Notes under the pieces: generated by a model | Told to the model about the DNA's origin: nothing | Database searches by the model: none | Seen by the model: the letters and a program-made list of their open reading frames with translations, nothing else | Origin: Nannocystis radixulma | GTDB taxonomy: Bacteria > Myxococcota_A > Polyangia > Nannocystales > Nannocystaceae | Assembly (NCBI RefSeq): GCF_028369095.1 | Contig: NZ_JAQNDN010000024.1 | Coordinates: forward strand, 629,253 to 693,252 | DNA length: 64,000 nucleotides | Direction of reading: 5' to 3' | Program-made: the position numbers and the translations under genes | Part shown: positions 9,892-19,430 of the stretch, piece by piece | How the letters are laid out: the number at the start of each line of letters is the position of its first letter | How positions within the stretch are numbered: position 1 is the stretch's first letter

Positions 9892-11796
9892 ATGCCCGGG
9901 GGGCACGGGCCGCGCGAGGACCTCGTCGGGGGGCCGCCGAGGGCGTGGCCGCGCGGGGCGCTGCTGCGCCGGCTCGACGTGGTAGGGTCGGCCGTGCCGT
10001 CGTTCCGCCGCGCGCTGTGCCTGCTGCTCGCGGGGGCGGGCGCGAAGCTGGTGCTGGTGGCCCTGCGCGCGCTCGACGGGGCGGCCGCGGGCCTGGCGAC
10101 GCCGTGGGCCGTGCCGGCGCTGCTCTACCAGGAGGTGTGGGTGGCCCTGGGCGCGCTGGCGCTCGACTTCGGGCTCACCCGCGCGGGGGCGCGACGGGCC
10201 GGGTGGGCGATCTACGCGGTGGCGGCGCTGTACATGTCGGCCAACGTGCCGATCGCGCGGCAGTTCGGGACGCCGCTGACGTGGGCGTTCGTCGAGGCGA
10301 CCGGAGGGGCGCTGGGGGACTCGATCGCGGCATACGTGACGCCCGGCAACGTGGCGGCGGTGCTGGTGACGCTGGCGTGGGCGGCGGCGCTGCCATGGTT
10401 CGTGCGTCGGCCGCCGCGGCGGGTGGGGGCGCTGGCGATCGCGGCGGCGCTGGCGATCGCGCTCGGGCCGGCGGGGGTGCGCCGCTGCGAGACGCTGGGG
10501 CTGCACCGCAACGCGATCGCGGCGCTGGTGACGACGCGACTGGCACGAATGACCGAAAGGTCAGGTTCTCAAGGACAGGTGGCGACGGTGCCGGCGGAGG
10601 GCCCGGCGATCGACCTGACGCACCTGGCAGGCGCGGCGCGCGGGCGCGACGTGATCTGGGTGGTGCTGGAATCGACGGGGGCGCGCTACCTGACGCTCCA
10701 CGGGGCGGAGGTCGAGGCGACGCCGCGGCTGACGAAACTGGCGCGCGGCGGGGTGGTGTTCGAATCGGCGTACACGAGCTACCCCGAGAGCATCAAGAGC
10801 CTGTACGCATTGCTGTGCGGGCGCGCGCCGGCGCCGGACACCGCGGCGGCCGACTACGCGGCCGGCAAGGCGCCGTGCGAGCCGCTGCCGCAGCTGCTGC
10901 AGGAGCATGGCTACCGCACGGGGCTGTTCCACTCGGGCCGGTTCGTGTACCTCGGGATGCGCAACATGATCGCGGAGCGCGGCCTGACGGCGCTGCACGA
11001 CGCGCAGACGATCGGGGGCGAGCACGCGGTCAGCTTCGGCACCGACGACGCGGCGACGGCGGCGCGCTTGCTGCAGTGGATCGACGAATCGCCGCAGCAG
11101 CCGTTCTTCGCGCTGTACATGCCGATCGCGGGCCATCACCCGTACCGCAGCCCGGGCGCAGGGACGCGGCCGTTCGCGGCCGAGACGGACCTCGAGCATT
11201 ACCGCAACGACCTGTTCGCCGGCGACGAGGCGCTCGGGCGCCTGATCGACGGACTGGCGGCCCGCGGGCGGCTGGACGATGTGCTGTGGGTGATCCAGGG
11301 CGACCACGGCGAGGCGTTTCAGCAACACCCGGGCAACTTCGCCCATTCGCTGTTCGTGTACGAGGAGAACGTGCACGTGCCGCTGGTGATCGTGCCGCCG
11401 CGAGCGTTCGCCTCTCCGGTCCGCGCGCCGCAGGTGGCGGGGGCGATCGACGTGGCGCCGACGATCGCGGCGCTGCTCGACGTGCCGGCTCCCGCGTCGT
11501 GGACCGGACGCTCGCTGCTGACGTCGGCGCCGGGAGTGGCCCGGTTCTTCAGCGACTACAACAGCGTGCTCCTGGGGCTGCGGACGGGCCGCTGGAAGTG
11601 CATCGTCGAGCCGGAGCGCGGGCAGGTGCGCGTGTTCGACGTGGTCGACGATCCGGGCGAGACGAGGGACGTGGCTGCCGTGCGGGCGGAGTGGGCGCGG
11701 GCGTGCGAGAGCGATCTGCTCGACTGGGCGGTGCGCTCGCGGGCCGCGGTGCTCGAGGGGCAACGACGGAGCGCGGCCGAAGACGCGGGGCCGTGA
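9892..11796 (+). CDS. membrane-anchored sulfatase-family protein (LTA-synthase / phosphotransferase-like)
   Basis: Multi-TM N-terminus followed by VIWVVLESTGARY, HHPY and GDHGE motifs typical of the alkaline-phosphatase/sulfatase fold. Start is ATG 9892; an alternative in-frame GTG is at about 9979. Confidence 0.7.
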   Translation: MPGGHGPREDLVGGPPRAWPRGALLRRLDVVGSAVPSFRRALCLLLAGAGAKLVLVALRALDGAAAGLATPWAVPALLYQEVWVALGALALDFGLTRAGARRAGWAIYAVAALYMSANVPIARQFGTPLTWAFVEATGGALGDSIAAYVTPGNVAAVLVTLAWAAALPWFVRRPPRRVGALAIAAALAIALGPAGVRRCETLGLHRNAIAALVTTRLARMTERSGSQGQVATVPAEGPAIDLTHLAGAARGRDVIWVVLESTGARYLTLHGAEVEATPRLTKLARGGVVFESAYTSYPESIKSLYALLCGRAPAPDTAAADYAAGKAPCEPLPQLLQEHGYRTGLFHSGRFVYLGMRNMIAERGLTALHDAQTIGGEHAVSFGTDDAATAARLLQWIDESPQQPFFALYMPIAGHHPYRSPGAGTRPFAAETDLEHYRNDLFAGDEALGRLIDGLAARGRLDDVLWVIQGDHGEAFQQHPGNFAHSLFVYEENVHVPLVIVPPRAFASPVRAPQVAGAIDVAPTIAALLDVPAPASWTGRSLLTSAPGVARFFSDYNSVLLGLRTGRWKCIVEPERGQVRVFDVVDDPGETRDVAAVRAEWARACESDLLDWAVRSRAAVLEGQRRSAAEDAGP

Positions 11797-12012
11797 CGAT
11801 CGTCGAGGGGCGGACGGGGCGGCGAACAGGCGCTCGCCGATCCGTCGTCCCCAAATCGTCCGACCGCACGGCCTGGGGGCGTCGATTCGTTCGGGCAGCG
11901 CGGCATGGGCGACTCCGGCGACAGCGCCGTGCCGTTGCTGTTCGCCCTGCCCTGATTCGTCGTCCGGCCGATCGTTCTGTCGTCCGGTAGGTCGACTCCG
12001 CTCAACCGGGGC

Positions 12013-14085
12013 TCAGCTCCGCTTCTTCAACCGGTGAAACACCGGGCCCTCGACGTGGGCCAGCACCTCGTCGCCGCACATGAACAGCTCCGCCACGCAG
12101 TCGGCGGTGATGCCGAAGTCGGCGCGCGTCAGCAGCGTCGGCTTGCCCCCGGACAGCGGCACCTGCGCGCCGATGAACTCGGTCTTGTTGCGCCCGAGGG
12201 TGCCGTTGAACGTCACCAACAACGAGCGGTTCGGGCCCGGCATCGGCTGCACGCCGAGGCTCAACTTCTTCTTCTCGGTGACGTCGACGACGCTCTTCCG
12301 GCCGTCGCGCGAATAGAAGACGAGCTTCCCCGCGGGCAGCGGGCATACCACGCGGCCGTCGATCGTGGGGAAGGTCCACGACGGGTTGACCGCGGTCATG
12401 TCGAACAGCTTCGTCGCGCGCGCCTGGGCGTCGACGTGCCATGCCGCGTCGCGGAAGGTGATGAAGCTGAAGCCATCGCTCAGGTTGTGCGCGCCGGTGC
12501 CGCCCGTGGCGTCGATGGCGTGGAGCCCGGTGACCTCCTTCCACGCGCCGCCCTGCCAGATGAGCGGCGCCACCTGACCGTCCAGGTCGAACAGCATCGG
12601 CGCTTCGCCGAGGAACCCGACGACGTCGGCGTAGCGGGGCGTGGGCAGGTGCTCGCCGCGCTCGGAGAAGTCGCGCGTGAGCCACAGGCCGTCGCGGTGC
12701 TCCAGCGCGAACATTCCGCTCGGAGAGCGCGCCGCACCGAACACCACCATGCGCGACGACGTGCGCGGAGGCCAGGACGTCAGGTCGACGAAGGTCGACA
12801 CATCGTCGACGTACGAGCTGTAGATGATGCCGCCCGGCACCACGCGGGTACTCACCGGCTCGTTCTCGAAGGGAATGACGAGCGCGTCGTCGGTGACCTG
12901 CGGCGCGGGCGTCTTCGGCACCACCCAATCGGTCCCCGGCGCCGGCAGCTTCGGCTTCGGCGGCGGTTCCACCTTCGGCGCCTCTCGCGGCAGCTGCGTG
13001 GTGTCCCACACCGCGACGACGCCCTTCGTGAGCCGCTCGAGCACGAAGCGTCCACCCGATGCGACATGCGCCGAGCGCCAGCTCGCCAGGCGTGAGAGCT
13101 CGACGTTCTCCTGCACGGGCGTGTCGTCGTCGCCCGCGTAGAACGAGCCGGAGCCGACGACGAAGCCGGTGGTGGTGAACGCTTCCACGCCGCCGACGCT
13201 GCGCATGTCGGCGAACAGCTTCGTCAGCGCGCGTTCTCCGGTCGCGATGGAGAAGGCCTCGATCGAGCGCCGGCCCGAGCCCGCGAAGTAGATGGAGAGG
13301 CCGGCCACGTGCTCGCCGTTGATGGCGAGGTCGTGTACGCCGCGCCCTGCGCCGAAGGAGCACCGCCGTACCTCCGTGCCGTCCTTCGCGTCCCACACGA
13401 TGAGCTCGCCCGCATCCTGCGCGCAGGTGGCGAGGTAGCGGCCGTCGTCGCCCAGCGCGCAGTGCTGTACGTTCTCGAGCGTGACGATGACGTTGCCGTC
13501 GAGGTCGAACAGCGTGGCGAGGTCACGGTGGCCCCGCAGCAGCACGCGGTCTCCGCCCACGCGCAGGCGCCCGGTGCAGCCTTCGGCCTTTGCGAACACG
13601 CGCAGCCCCGATGCGTCGAGCTTCCAGACCTCGGTCGATGCGCAGGCGATGAGCGCCGCGTCGCGCGAGAGGGCCACGACGTCGGACACGATGTCCTGCG
13701 GAATGCCGAGCGCGCGGAGGTCGTGCGTGGCGAGCAGCTCGCCGCTGCGCGCATAGACCTTCGCGGTCGGCACGAGGCCGCGATTCTCGACGTCCCACAC
13801 GGTCTCGCCGTCGGGCGACACGCTGCTCGCGCCGTTCTCGTCCGATGCGAGGAACTGCGCCACGAGCCCCTCCTGGGCCCCGTCGAGCACGTAACCGCCC
13901 CGGAGCTTCTTGATCAGCTCTGCGACGTACTTCTCTTCAGCCTCGTGCGGCCGCTCGAAGGTCTCTTCCTTGGTCGCCGGCTTCGTCGTCGTCCCGCTGA
14001 TGATGGTGAGGCGCCCGCCGTCGAGCTCGGCCTTCCAGATCCGGGGCGTCTTGCCGGGGAGAATCAGCGCACGCGTCGTCGTCAT
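12013..14085 (-). CDS. WGR-domain protein with C-terminal beta-propeller-like region
   Basis: N-terminus RIWKAELDGGRLTIISG...KEETFERPHEAEEKYVAELIKKLRGGYV fits the WGR domain consensus. About 600 aa of beta-rich repeats downstream. Confidence 0.65.
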   Translation of the reverse strand: MTTTRALILPGKTPRIWKAELDGGRLTIISGTTTKPATKEETFERPHEAEEKYVAELIKKLRGGYVLDGAQEGLVAQFLASDENGASSVSPDGETVWDVENRGLVPTAKVYARSGELLATHDLRALGIPQDIVSDVVALSRDAALIACASTEVWKLDASGLRVFAKAEGCTGRLRVGGDRVLLRGHRDLATLFDLDGNVIVTLENVQHCALGDDGRYLATCAQDAGELIVWDAKDGTEVRRCSFGAGRGVHDLAINGEHVAGLSIYFAGSGRRSIEAFSIATGERALTKLFADMRSVGGVEAFTTTGFVVGSGSFYAGDDDTPVQENVELSRLASWRSAHVASGGRFVLERLTKGVVAVWDTTQLPREAPKVEPPPKPKLPAPGTDWVVPKTPAPQVTDDALVIPFENEPVSTRVVPGGIIYSSYVDDVSTFVDLTSWPPRTSSRMVVFGAARSPSGMFALEHRDGLWLTRDFSERGEHLPTPRYADVVGFLGEAPMLFDLDGQVAPLIWQGGAWKEVTGLHAIDATGGTGAHNLSDGFSFITFRDAAWHVDAQARATKLFDMTAVNPSWTFPTIDGRVVCPLPAGKLVFYSRDGRKSVVDVTEKKKLSLGVQPMPGPNRSLLVTFNGTLGRNKTEFIGAQVPLSGGKPTLLTRADFGITADCVAELFMCGDEVLAHVEGPVFHRLKKRS

Positions 14086-14869
14086 ATCGTGTCAGCTCGC
14101 CTTGGAGGGTAGGAGATCGACGGCCTCGGCAAAGGAGAGACCGTGGGTGAAGGGTCGCACGGCCCCGGGCCCGCTAGCGAAACTCCATCCATGACGAATC
14201 ACACCTGAGTGGGTAAGGGACGGACCGAGCAGCTCGCTGCATGCCAGTCTCTCCCGCCACACCTCCGTGCCCCGCAGCGCCCTGAAAGGCGCATGGGGGC
14301 AGCCGCGGCTCGCCACAGTCGAGCGAGACCGTCGACCTGGTCGCCGCGCTCCAGGTCGCTGCGTGCTCCGCTGGTGTTTTGAACGAGTGTCCTCGCGGTG
14401 TTCGCAGGCTCCACCGTCGGGCTGCCGATCGCGGGGGAGCGCGACGATGAGGGCGTGACGACGATCGGCGTCACGACGACGGGCGCTGCGCCGATGACGC
14501 GAGCGCGATCGACACGAGCGGCGCCTCCCCGAGCCGTCGACCGTCCCGTGCTCCGAGTGCTTCCCGCTCGAGCGGTTGCCGGACGAACTGCGTGCCCAGG
14601 CGGAGGAACTGCTGCTGCAGCGGCAGATCGCCGAGCTGTGGGCCGAGGTCGAACGGCTGACCGCGCAGCTCGCGGGGGCTGCGGCGCGAGCGGCCGCGGA
14701 GGCAGCTCTTGCGCAGGTTGTGAGCCGTGCTGAGGAGGCGCCATTCCAGCTGTACATTCTCGTACCGCGTGCCGCCTCGATCGGACCGAAGACCGGCTCG
14801 CCTACGGCGCGGGCGGTGTGGTGCCTCGCGCTCCTTCGCTGTGCTCGATCCGAATGTTGGTAGCTGTCT

Positions 14870-16222
14870 TCAAGGACAGGGCCGACGCAGCGGCAGCCAG
14901 GTGCCGGGCAGGCCGTCGCCGGCGAGCAGGACGCCGGCGTGGCCGGGGCGGGCGAGGAGGTGGACGTCGTAGCCGCGGGCGAAATCGCCGTCCTCGCCGT
15001 CGTGCGGGAGGGCGACCGCGGGCTCGGTCTTCCATTCGCCGGGGGCAGGACGGGCGTACTGTCGCCGGCCCGCGAATTGCCAGACGTCGTGGTACTCGCG
15101 GACGCCGTCGGCATCCTCGGGGCCGTGGCGCAGGCCGGCGGAGGCGGCGAAGTCGACGAGGAGGACGCCGTCGCCGACGGCGAGGAAGCGCTGGCGGTCG
15201 TGCTCGAACTTCGGCAGCAACTCGGGGGCGCCGGGGCGCAGGTCCGGGCCGATCGTGACGAAGGCGCGCCGACCGTCGGCGGCGGTGACGACGAGGCCGT
15301 GGCGGTCGGGGAGGGCGAGGTGAGCGAGCTCGGCGCAGTCGGGGTCGGCGGTGGGGAAGGAGTCCTGACGGAGCTTGCCGGCCTCGAGGTCGTAGGCGGC
15401 GAGGCCGATCGTCTTGCGCTCCGACCAGGCGATCCGCCACTCCTGGCCTTCGAGCCAGGTGACGGCGCCGTTGCAGTCCCAGCGGCCGAGATCGCCGAGG
15501 CGGACGGCACCGCCGTCGCCGAGCTCGACGAGGGTGCGCGACTTCCGATCCCCGTTGGGGGTGGCGACGCCAAGGCAGCGGCCGGCGTCGCAGTGGGCGG
15601 CCCACACGGTCATGCCGGCGCGTGGACCGAGGCGGTTGCCGGTGGCGACGTCGAGGAGGAAGGTGTCGCCCTCGTGGCGCTCGCCGCCGGGGCGCCGCGC
15701 CTCGCGGTAGAGGGAGACGAGGGCGCGGGCGCCGTCGCTGGCGACGCCCTTGGGGTACTCGCCGGGGACGAGGCCGGGGACGGCGACGGGGTCGGCGACG
15801 ACGGGGGCGTCGCGGTCGCGCAGGTCGACGGCCGCCCAGGTGGGCTCGTCGGTGAAGAACAGGCGCAGGCCGCTGTCCCGCTCGACGGCGATGTCCTCGG
15901 TCCAGTCGGGGAGGCGGGTCCGCGCGAGCGCACCGGCAGGGTCGAGGTGGAGGAGGACGGGGACGTCGCCCTCGCGCGCGACCAGCCAGCGCTTGCCGGC
16001 GACGTCGCCGAGGTCGACGACCGCGGCGAGGCGGAGCTCCTCGGCGGTCGGCTGGTCGATCGGACAGGTGGCGGAAACGGCCGGCGCGGGCGGCGAAGCG
16101 TCGGGAGGCGCGGCGGCGGTCGGATCGGCGGGAGGCGAGTCGACGCGCGCGCCGCAGCCGAGCAGCGCGGCGAGGAGGAGCCGCGAGGACCGGGCGACGA
16201 GCGGCGAGGACATGAGGCGCAT
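14870..16222 (-). CDS. secreted lipoprotein, function unknown
   Basis: MRLMSSPLVARSSRLLLAALLGCG lipobox signal. 450 aa, protein-like composition. Opposite-strand ORFs here are low-complexity. Confidence 0.6.
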   Translation of the reverse strand: MRLMSSPLVARSSRLLLAALLGCGARVDSPPADPTAAAPPDASPPAPAVSATCPIDQPTAEELRLAAVVDLGDVAGKRWLVAREGDVPVLLHLDPAGALARTRLPDWTEDIAVERDSGLRLFFTDEPTWAAVDLRDRDAPVVADPVAVPGLVPGEYPKGVASDGARALVSLYREARRPGGERHEGDTFLLDVATGNRLGPRAGMTVWAAHCDAGRCLGVATPNGDRKSRTLVELGDGGAVRLGDLGRWDCNGAVTWLEGQEWRIAWSERKTIGLAAYDLEAGKLRQDSFPTADPDCAELAHLALPDRHGLVVTAADGRRAFVTIGPDLRPGAPELLPKFEHDRQRFLAVGDGVLLVDFAASAGLRHGPEDADGVREYHDVWQFAGRRQYARPAPGEWKTEPAVALPHDGEDGDFARGYDVHLLARPGHAGVLLAGDGLPGTWLPLRRPCP

Positions 16223-16406
16223 GGTAGCGAGTGCCGGGCGAGGACGCGACGGTCAGGTCGAGGAAGCGGCGTTCCGAGCGGCCCCTCCGCGCTCAACGAC
16301 CACCCTGTGAGCTCCGGCCATCGCACCCGCGCGAGGTCGGCCCAGCCCGTCGCGGCCCGCATCGGCGAGGACGACCCCGCCCGGCCCTTGGCGAGCGTCT
16401 GTCGCT

Positions 16407-16766
16407 CTATGGCCCCCAATCTTCAATGGCGTCCACCAACGCATCCTCGAGTCTGGAAATCGTGGCCTCTGTGAGATGCATGAGCACAAGATCTCCCGGG
16501 GGCTGCTCGGATGTCACCTTGAAACTGATGATGGTCTCCCGTCGAACCAGGAACACGGCGGCATCGCTGAACAAGCGCCCCACATTCAACTGCAGATAGT
16601 CTCCGTTCCGATCTCTCAGGAGATTGAGCATCTCGCGCAGCCCGCCCGCGGGAAGGGCACGCCACTGAATGGTGAGGTTTTCCGCGACCAGGGCGACCGA
16701 GCGCAAACCATCTTCGCAGTCATCGATCAAGAGATCCAGGAAATGATACTCGGCGCTCTCACTCAT
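16407..16766 (-). CDS. small acidic cytoplasmic protein (119 aa), possible immunity-type protein
   Basis: Internal ATG 16766 gives MSESAEYHFLDLLIDDCEDG... Local GC drops to roughly 55%. Immediately downstream of a SUKH gene on the same strand. Confidence 0.5.
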   Translation of the reverse strand: MSESAEYHFLDLLIDDCEDGLRSVALVAENLTIQWRALPAGGLREMLNLLRDRNGDYLQLNVGRLFSDAAVFLVRRETIISFKVTSEQPPGDLVLMHLTEATISRLEDALVDAIEDWGP

Positions 16767-16804
16767 TTGTTTGTCCTGATTCGTCCTGGGTGACGCAGGA
16801 GGGC

Positions 16805-17377
16805 TCATGCCGGGCGATCGCAGTACTCGTCCCACGAGTCCTCGATCTGCGTCGCCGCGTTCGCCGTCGCGGCCGCGAGCGAGGCAAAGACCACGGCGGA
16901 CTCCGGGCCCCAGTCGAGCTCCTCGATGTACTCGTGGCTGTAGTCGGCGACCTTCATGTCGCCGGAGGCATCGGCGGTATCGACGAGAAAGACGAATCCC
17001 TCGCCGGCGTCGAGGCCGAACTGAAAGAAGATCGCGTTGGCCAGCTGCTTGCGCACGCGTTCGAGCGACTCGGGCTCCTCGAACATGTCGGGATCGAGGG
17101 ACCGGCGCAGCTCTTTCGTCCACTTCACGATCTCTCGCGGGAGCAGCACGGTGAAGTCCAGGTTCTCCGCGCGCTTCGGATCGGCGCCGGGAGGCAGCCG
17201 AGGCAGGACCGCGGGCGCTCCCAACGTCGTGACGAGCTCGACGTACGAAGGCGGCAGCCGCACCTTGAGCTGAGTTTCCGCCTTCTCGATGTCTGCACGC
17301 GTCACGGGCCGGTACCGCACGCGAGCGCCTTTTGCTTCGAGCCTCCGCCAGATGTCGATCGCCGATTCGCGACTCAT
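16805..17377 (-). CDS. SMI1/KNR4 (SUKH-1) family protein, candidate polymorphic-toxin immunity protein
   Basis: LPPSYVELVTTLGAPAVLP matches the SMI1/KNR4 core motif. 190 aa. Confidence 0.65.
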   Translation of the reverse strand: MSRESAIDIWRRLEAKGARVRYRPVTRADIEKAETQLKVRLPPSYVELVTTLGAPAVLPRLPPGADPKRAENLDFTVLLPREIVKWTKELRRSLDPDMFEEPESLERVRKQLANAIFFQFGLDAGEGFVFLVDTADASGDMKVADYSHEYIEELDWGPESAVVFASLAAATANAATQIEDSWDEYCDRPA

Positions 17378-17460
17378 GGAGCGCGAGGCTACGCGAAACT
17401 CACCGACGAGGCGACGAGCAGGACGTGCTCATCGCCACCGACGACGGCGAACTCCTGCCG

Positions 17461-18435
17461 CTATTGGCGGGTGTGGGCGATGCCGCGGAGGTCGGCGGTG
17501 ACGGGCGGGGTGACGGCGGTCCAGGTGAGGCTGTCGGGGCTGTAGGCGATGTTGCCGCCCGCACCGACGGCGACGTGGCGCTGGCCGTCACTGGCGACGT
17601 CGAGCAGGGTGGTCATGAACGGAGAGGCGCGCACGAGCCAGGTGATGGCGTCGCTCGAGCCGAGGATCTGGCCGCCGCCGCCGACGGCGACCCAGCCGCC
17701 CGGGCCGTAGGTGAGGCCGCGCGGGTCGGCGGCGAGGTTGAACAGCGGGGTGTAATTCCAGGTCAGGCCGTCGCCCGAATAGGCGCTCTTGCTCGGGCCG
17801 ATCATGGCGAAGTTCGGCGCGCCGTGGCCGATGGCGCTGTAGCGATCGCCGGTGGGGCTGCCGTCGATGCGCTGGACCCAGCCGACGCCGTCCTGCCAGT
17901 TGAAGGCGCCGAAGTTCATGGCCTCGGCCTGGTAATTGCCGATGGCGACCAGGGTGACGCCGTCGCCGGTGAGGTCGACGAGCATGTGCTTGGGCATCGG
18001 CAGGTCGGGCCGGGTCCAGGTGATGCCGTCCTCCGATTCGAGGGTCTCGGCGCCGACGCTGTAGTCGCCGCCGACGGCGACGAAGCGGGTGCCGTGGTAG
18101 CGCACGGCGTAGAGGTCGCGGGTCGACGGGCTCGAGGAGGCGTTCCACTCGACGCCGTCCTCGGAGTGGAGGATCTTGCCGGCCTGGCCGACGGCGACGT
18201 ACATCTCGGCGCCGTAGGCGACGTCGTTGAGCGCGACGGTGACGCCCGAGGTGGAGATGGTCCAGTCGGCGCCGTTCTCCGAGCGCACGATGCTGCCGCC
18301 GTCGCCCACGGCGATGAACAGCTCGCTGGGCGGCTCGCCCGCGGTGCCGCCGTCGCTGTCGGTGCCGCCCGCCGGCGGGAAGAAGATGCAGCCGGTGACG
18401 GAAAGGGCGAACGACGCGACGACGACGCGGAACAT
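17461..18435 (-). CDS. BNR/Asp-box repeat beta-propeller lipoprotein (Ycf48-like)
   Basis: Signal with lipobox SVTGC. Repeated SxDxGxTW motifs (SEDGVEWN, SEDGITWT, SGDGLTWN, SPDSLTWT). Confidence 0.7.
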   Translation of the reverse strand: MFRVVVASFALSVTGCIFFPPAGGTDSDGGTAGEPPSELFIAVGDGGSIVRSENGADWTISTSGVTVALNDVAYGAEMYVAVGQAGKILHSEDGVEWNASSSPSTRDLYAVRYHGTRFVAVGGDYSVGAETLESEDGITWTRPDLPMPKHMLVDLTGDGVTLVAIGNYQAEAMNFGAFNWQDGVGWVQRIDGSPTGDRYSAIGHGAPNFAMIGPSKSAYSGDGLTWNYTPLFNLAADPRGLTYGPGGWVAVGGGGQILGSSDAITWLVRASPFMTTLLDVASDGQRHVAVGAGGNIAYSPDSLTWTAVTPPVTADLRGIAHTRQ

Positions 18436-18613
18436 GGCCCGGGAAAGCTAGCCGCGCGGCCAACGAGTGTCGAGGCGCGGGTCGGCGCGGCGCCGTCTCG
18501 GGCGGCGTCCGAGGGTGATGACGCAGCGCAGCGATCGCGGCCGGCGATTCACGAACGCGTGCGGGGGTGGACCGCCCGGAGCCGCGCGAGGCCGTCGCGG
18601 TCGCTCGCGGACC

Positions 18614-19195
18614 TCAGCTGGTGGCCTGCGGGAGGCGGCGGGGGCGGCGGTAGGGGGTGTTTTCCAGCGGGTTGTCGCCGACCAGCGAGGGCCCGAGGAG
18701 GTGCTCCATGAGGTTGAGCAGCTCGAGGCGCTCCTCGTCGGTGCCGCGGGCGCGGGCGAGGTCGTAGAAGAAGGCCGGGACGGTGAGCGCCATGAACATG
18801 GCGACGAGGCCCAGCTTGGCGCCGGTGATGCCGGTGAGGCCGAGCCAGGCCAGGCTGGTGGCCCACATGATCCAAAAGCTGGCCTGGCGGGCGAACGGGC
18901 CGCGGGTGAAGCGGACCTGGACGGCTGTCCCTTGGGGCATGGGCACGAGCTCGGCCTCGAGGGTCATGCGCCGCATGATGGCCGGCCCGGTGTCGACGAC
19001 GCCGGCGGTCTGGTTTTGACAGACGCGGAACTTGCGCGGGCCGAGCTCGGCGAGGAACTTGCGCCGGGTGCGGCTGCGGGCCGGAAAACCCTCGACGACC
19101 TGGACGTCGGCGTCGCCGCGGAGCCGTGCGAGGACCTCGCCGGGCGCGAGGTCGACGCGGTAGGTGAGCGCTTCAGGCAGGGCGCGCAGGGGCAC
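18614..19195 (-). CDS. hypothetical protein with C-terminal TM helices
   Basis: 193-aa ORF with GTG start; protein-like; hydrophobic stretch WIMWATSLAWLGLTGITGAKLGLVAMFMALTV. Confidence 0.45.
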   Translation of the reverse strand: MPLRALPEALTYRVDLAPGEVLARLRGDADVQVVEGFPARSRTRRKFLAELGPRKFRVCQNQTAGVVDTGPAIMRRMTLEAELVPMPQGTAVQVRFTRGPFARQASFWIMWATSLAWLGLTGITGAKLGLVAMFMALTVPAFFYDLARARGTDEERLELLNLMEHLLGPSLVGDNPLENTPYRRPRRLPQATS

Positions 19196-19430
19196 GTGCG
19201 CGAGAGTATTGGCGATTTCTTGGGCGCTCGCCAGCGGCTCGGCGCCGGAGGCGAGGACGGGTGCGCCGGAAAACCGTGAGTTGTGCGCTCGCCGACGGAT
19301 CGGCGGCGAACGTCCGCGCGAGGCCGTGAGCCGCGCAACGGTGAGGTGCGCCTGCGGACTGGAGGTCCTGCGGCGGATGCTCGCGCGGGGACCTGGACTG
19401 CGGGGCCCGCGAGCGGATGCGCCTGCTGGC

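Noticed and set aside
12002-13396. 464-aa minus and 353-aa plus ORFs inside the WGR gene
   Set aside because: Out-of-frame Arg/Gly-rich translations; the WGR/beta-propeller frame is the only protein-like one.
14092-15573. 493-aa minus ORF of Ser/Ala/Pro/Thr low complexity
   Set aside because: Alternative frame of the 14870..16222 lipoprotein gene and of the intergenic region; no protein-like segments.
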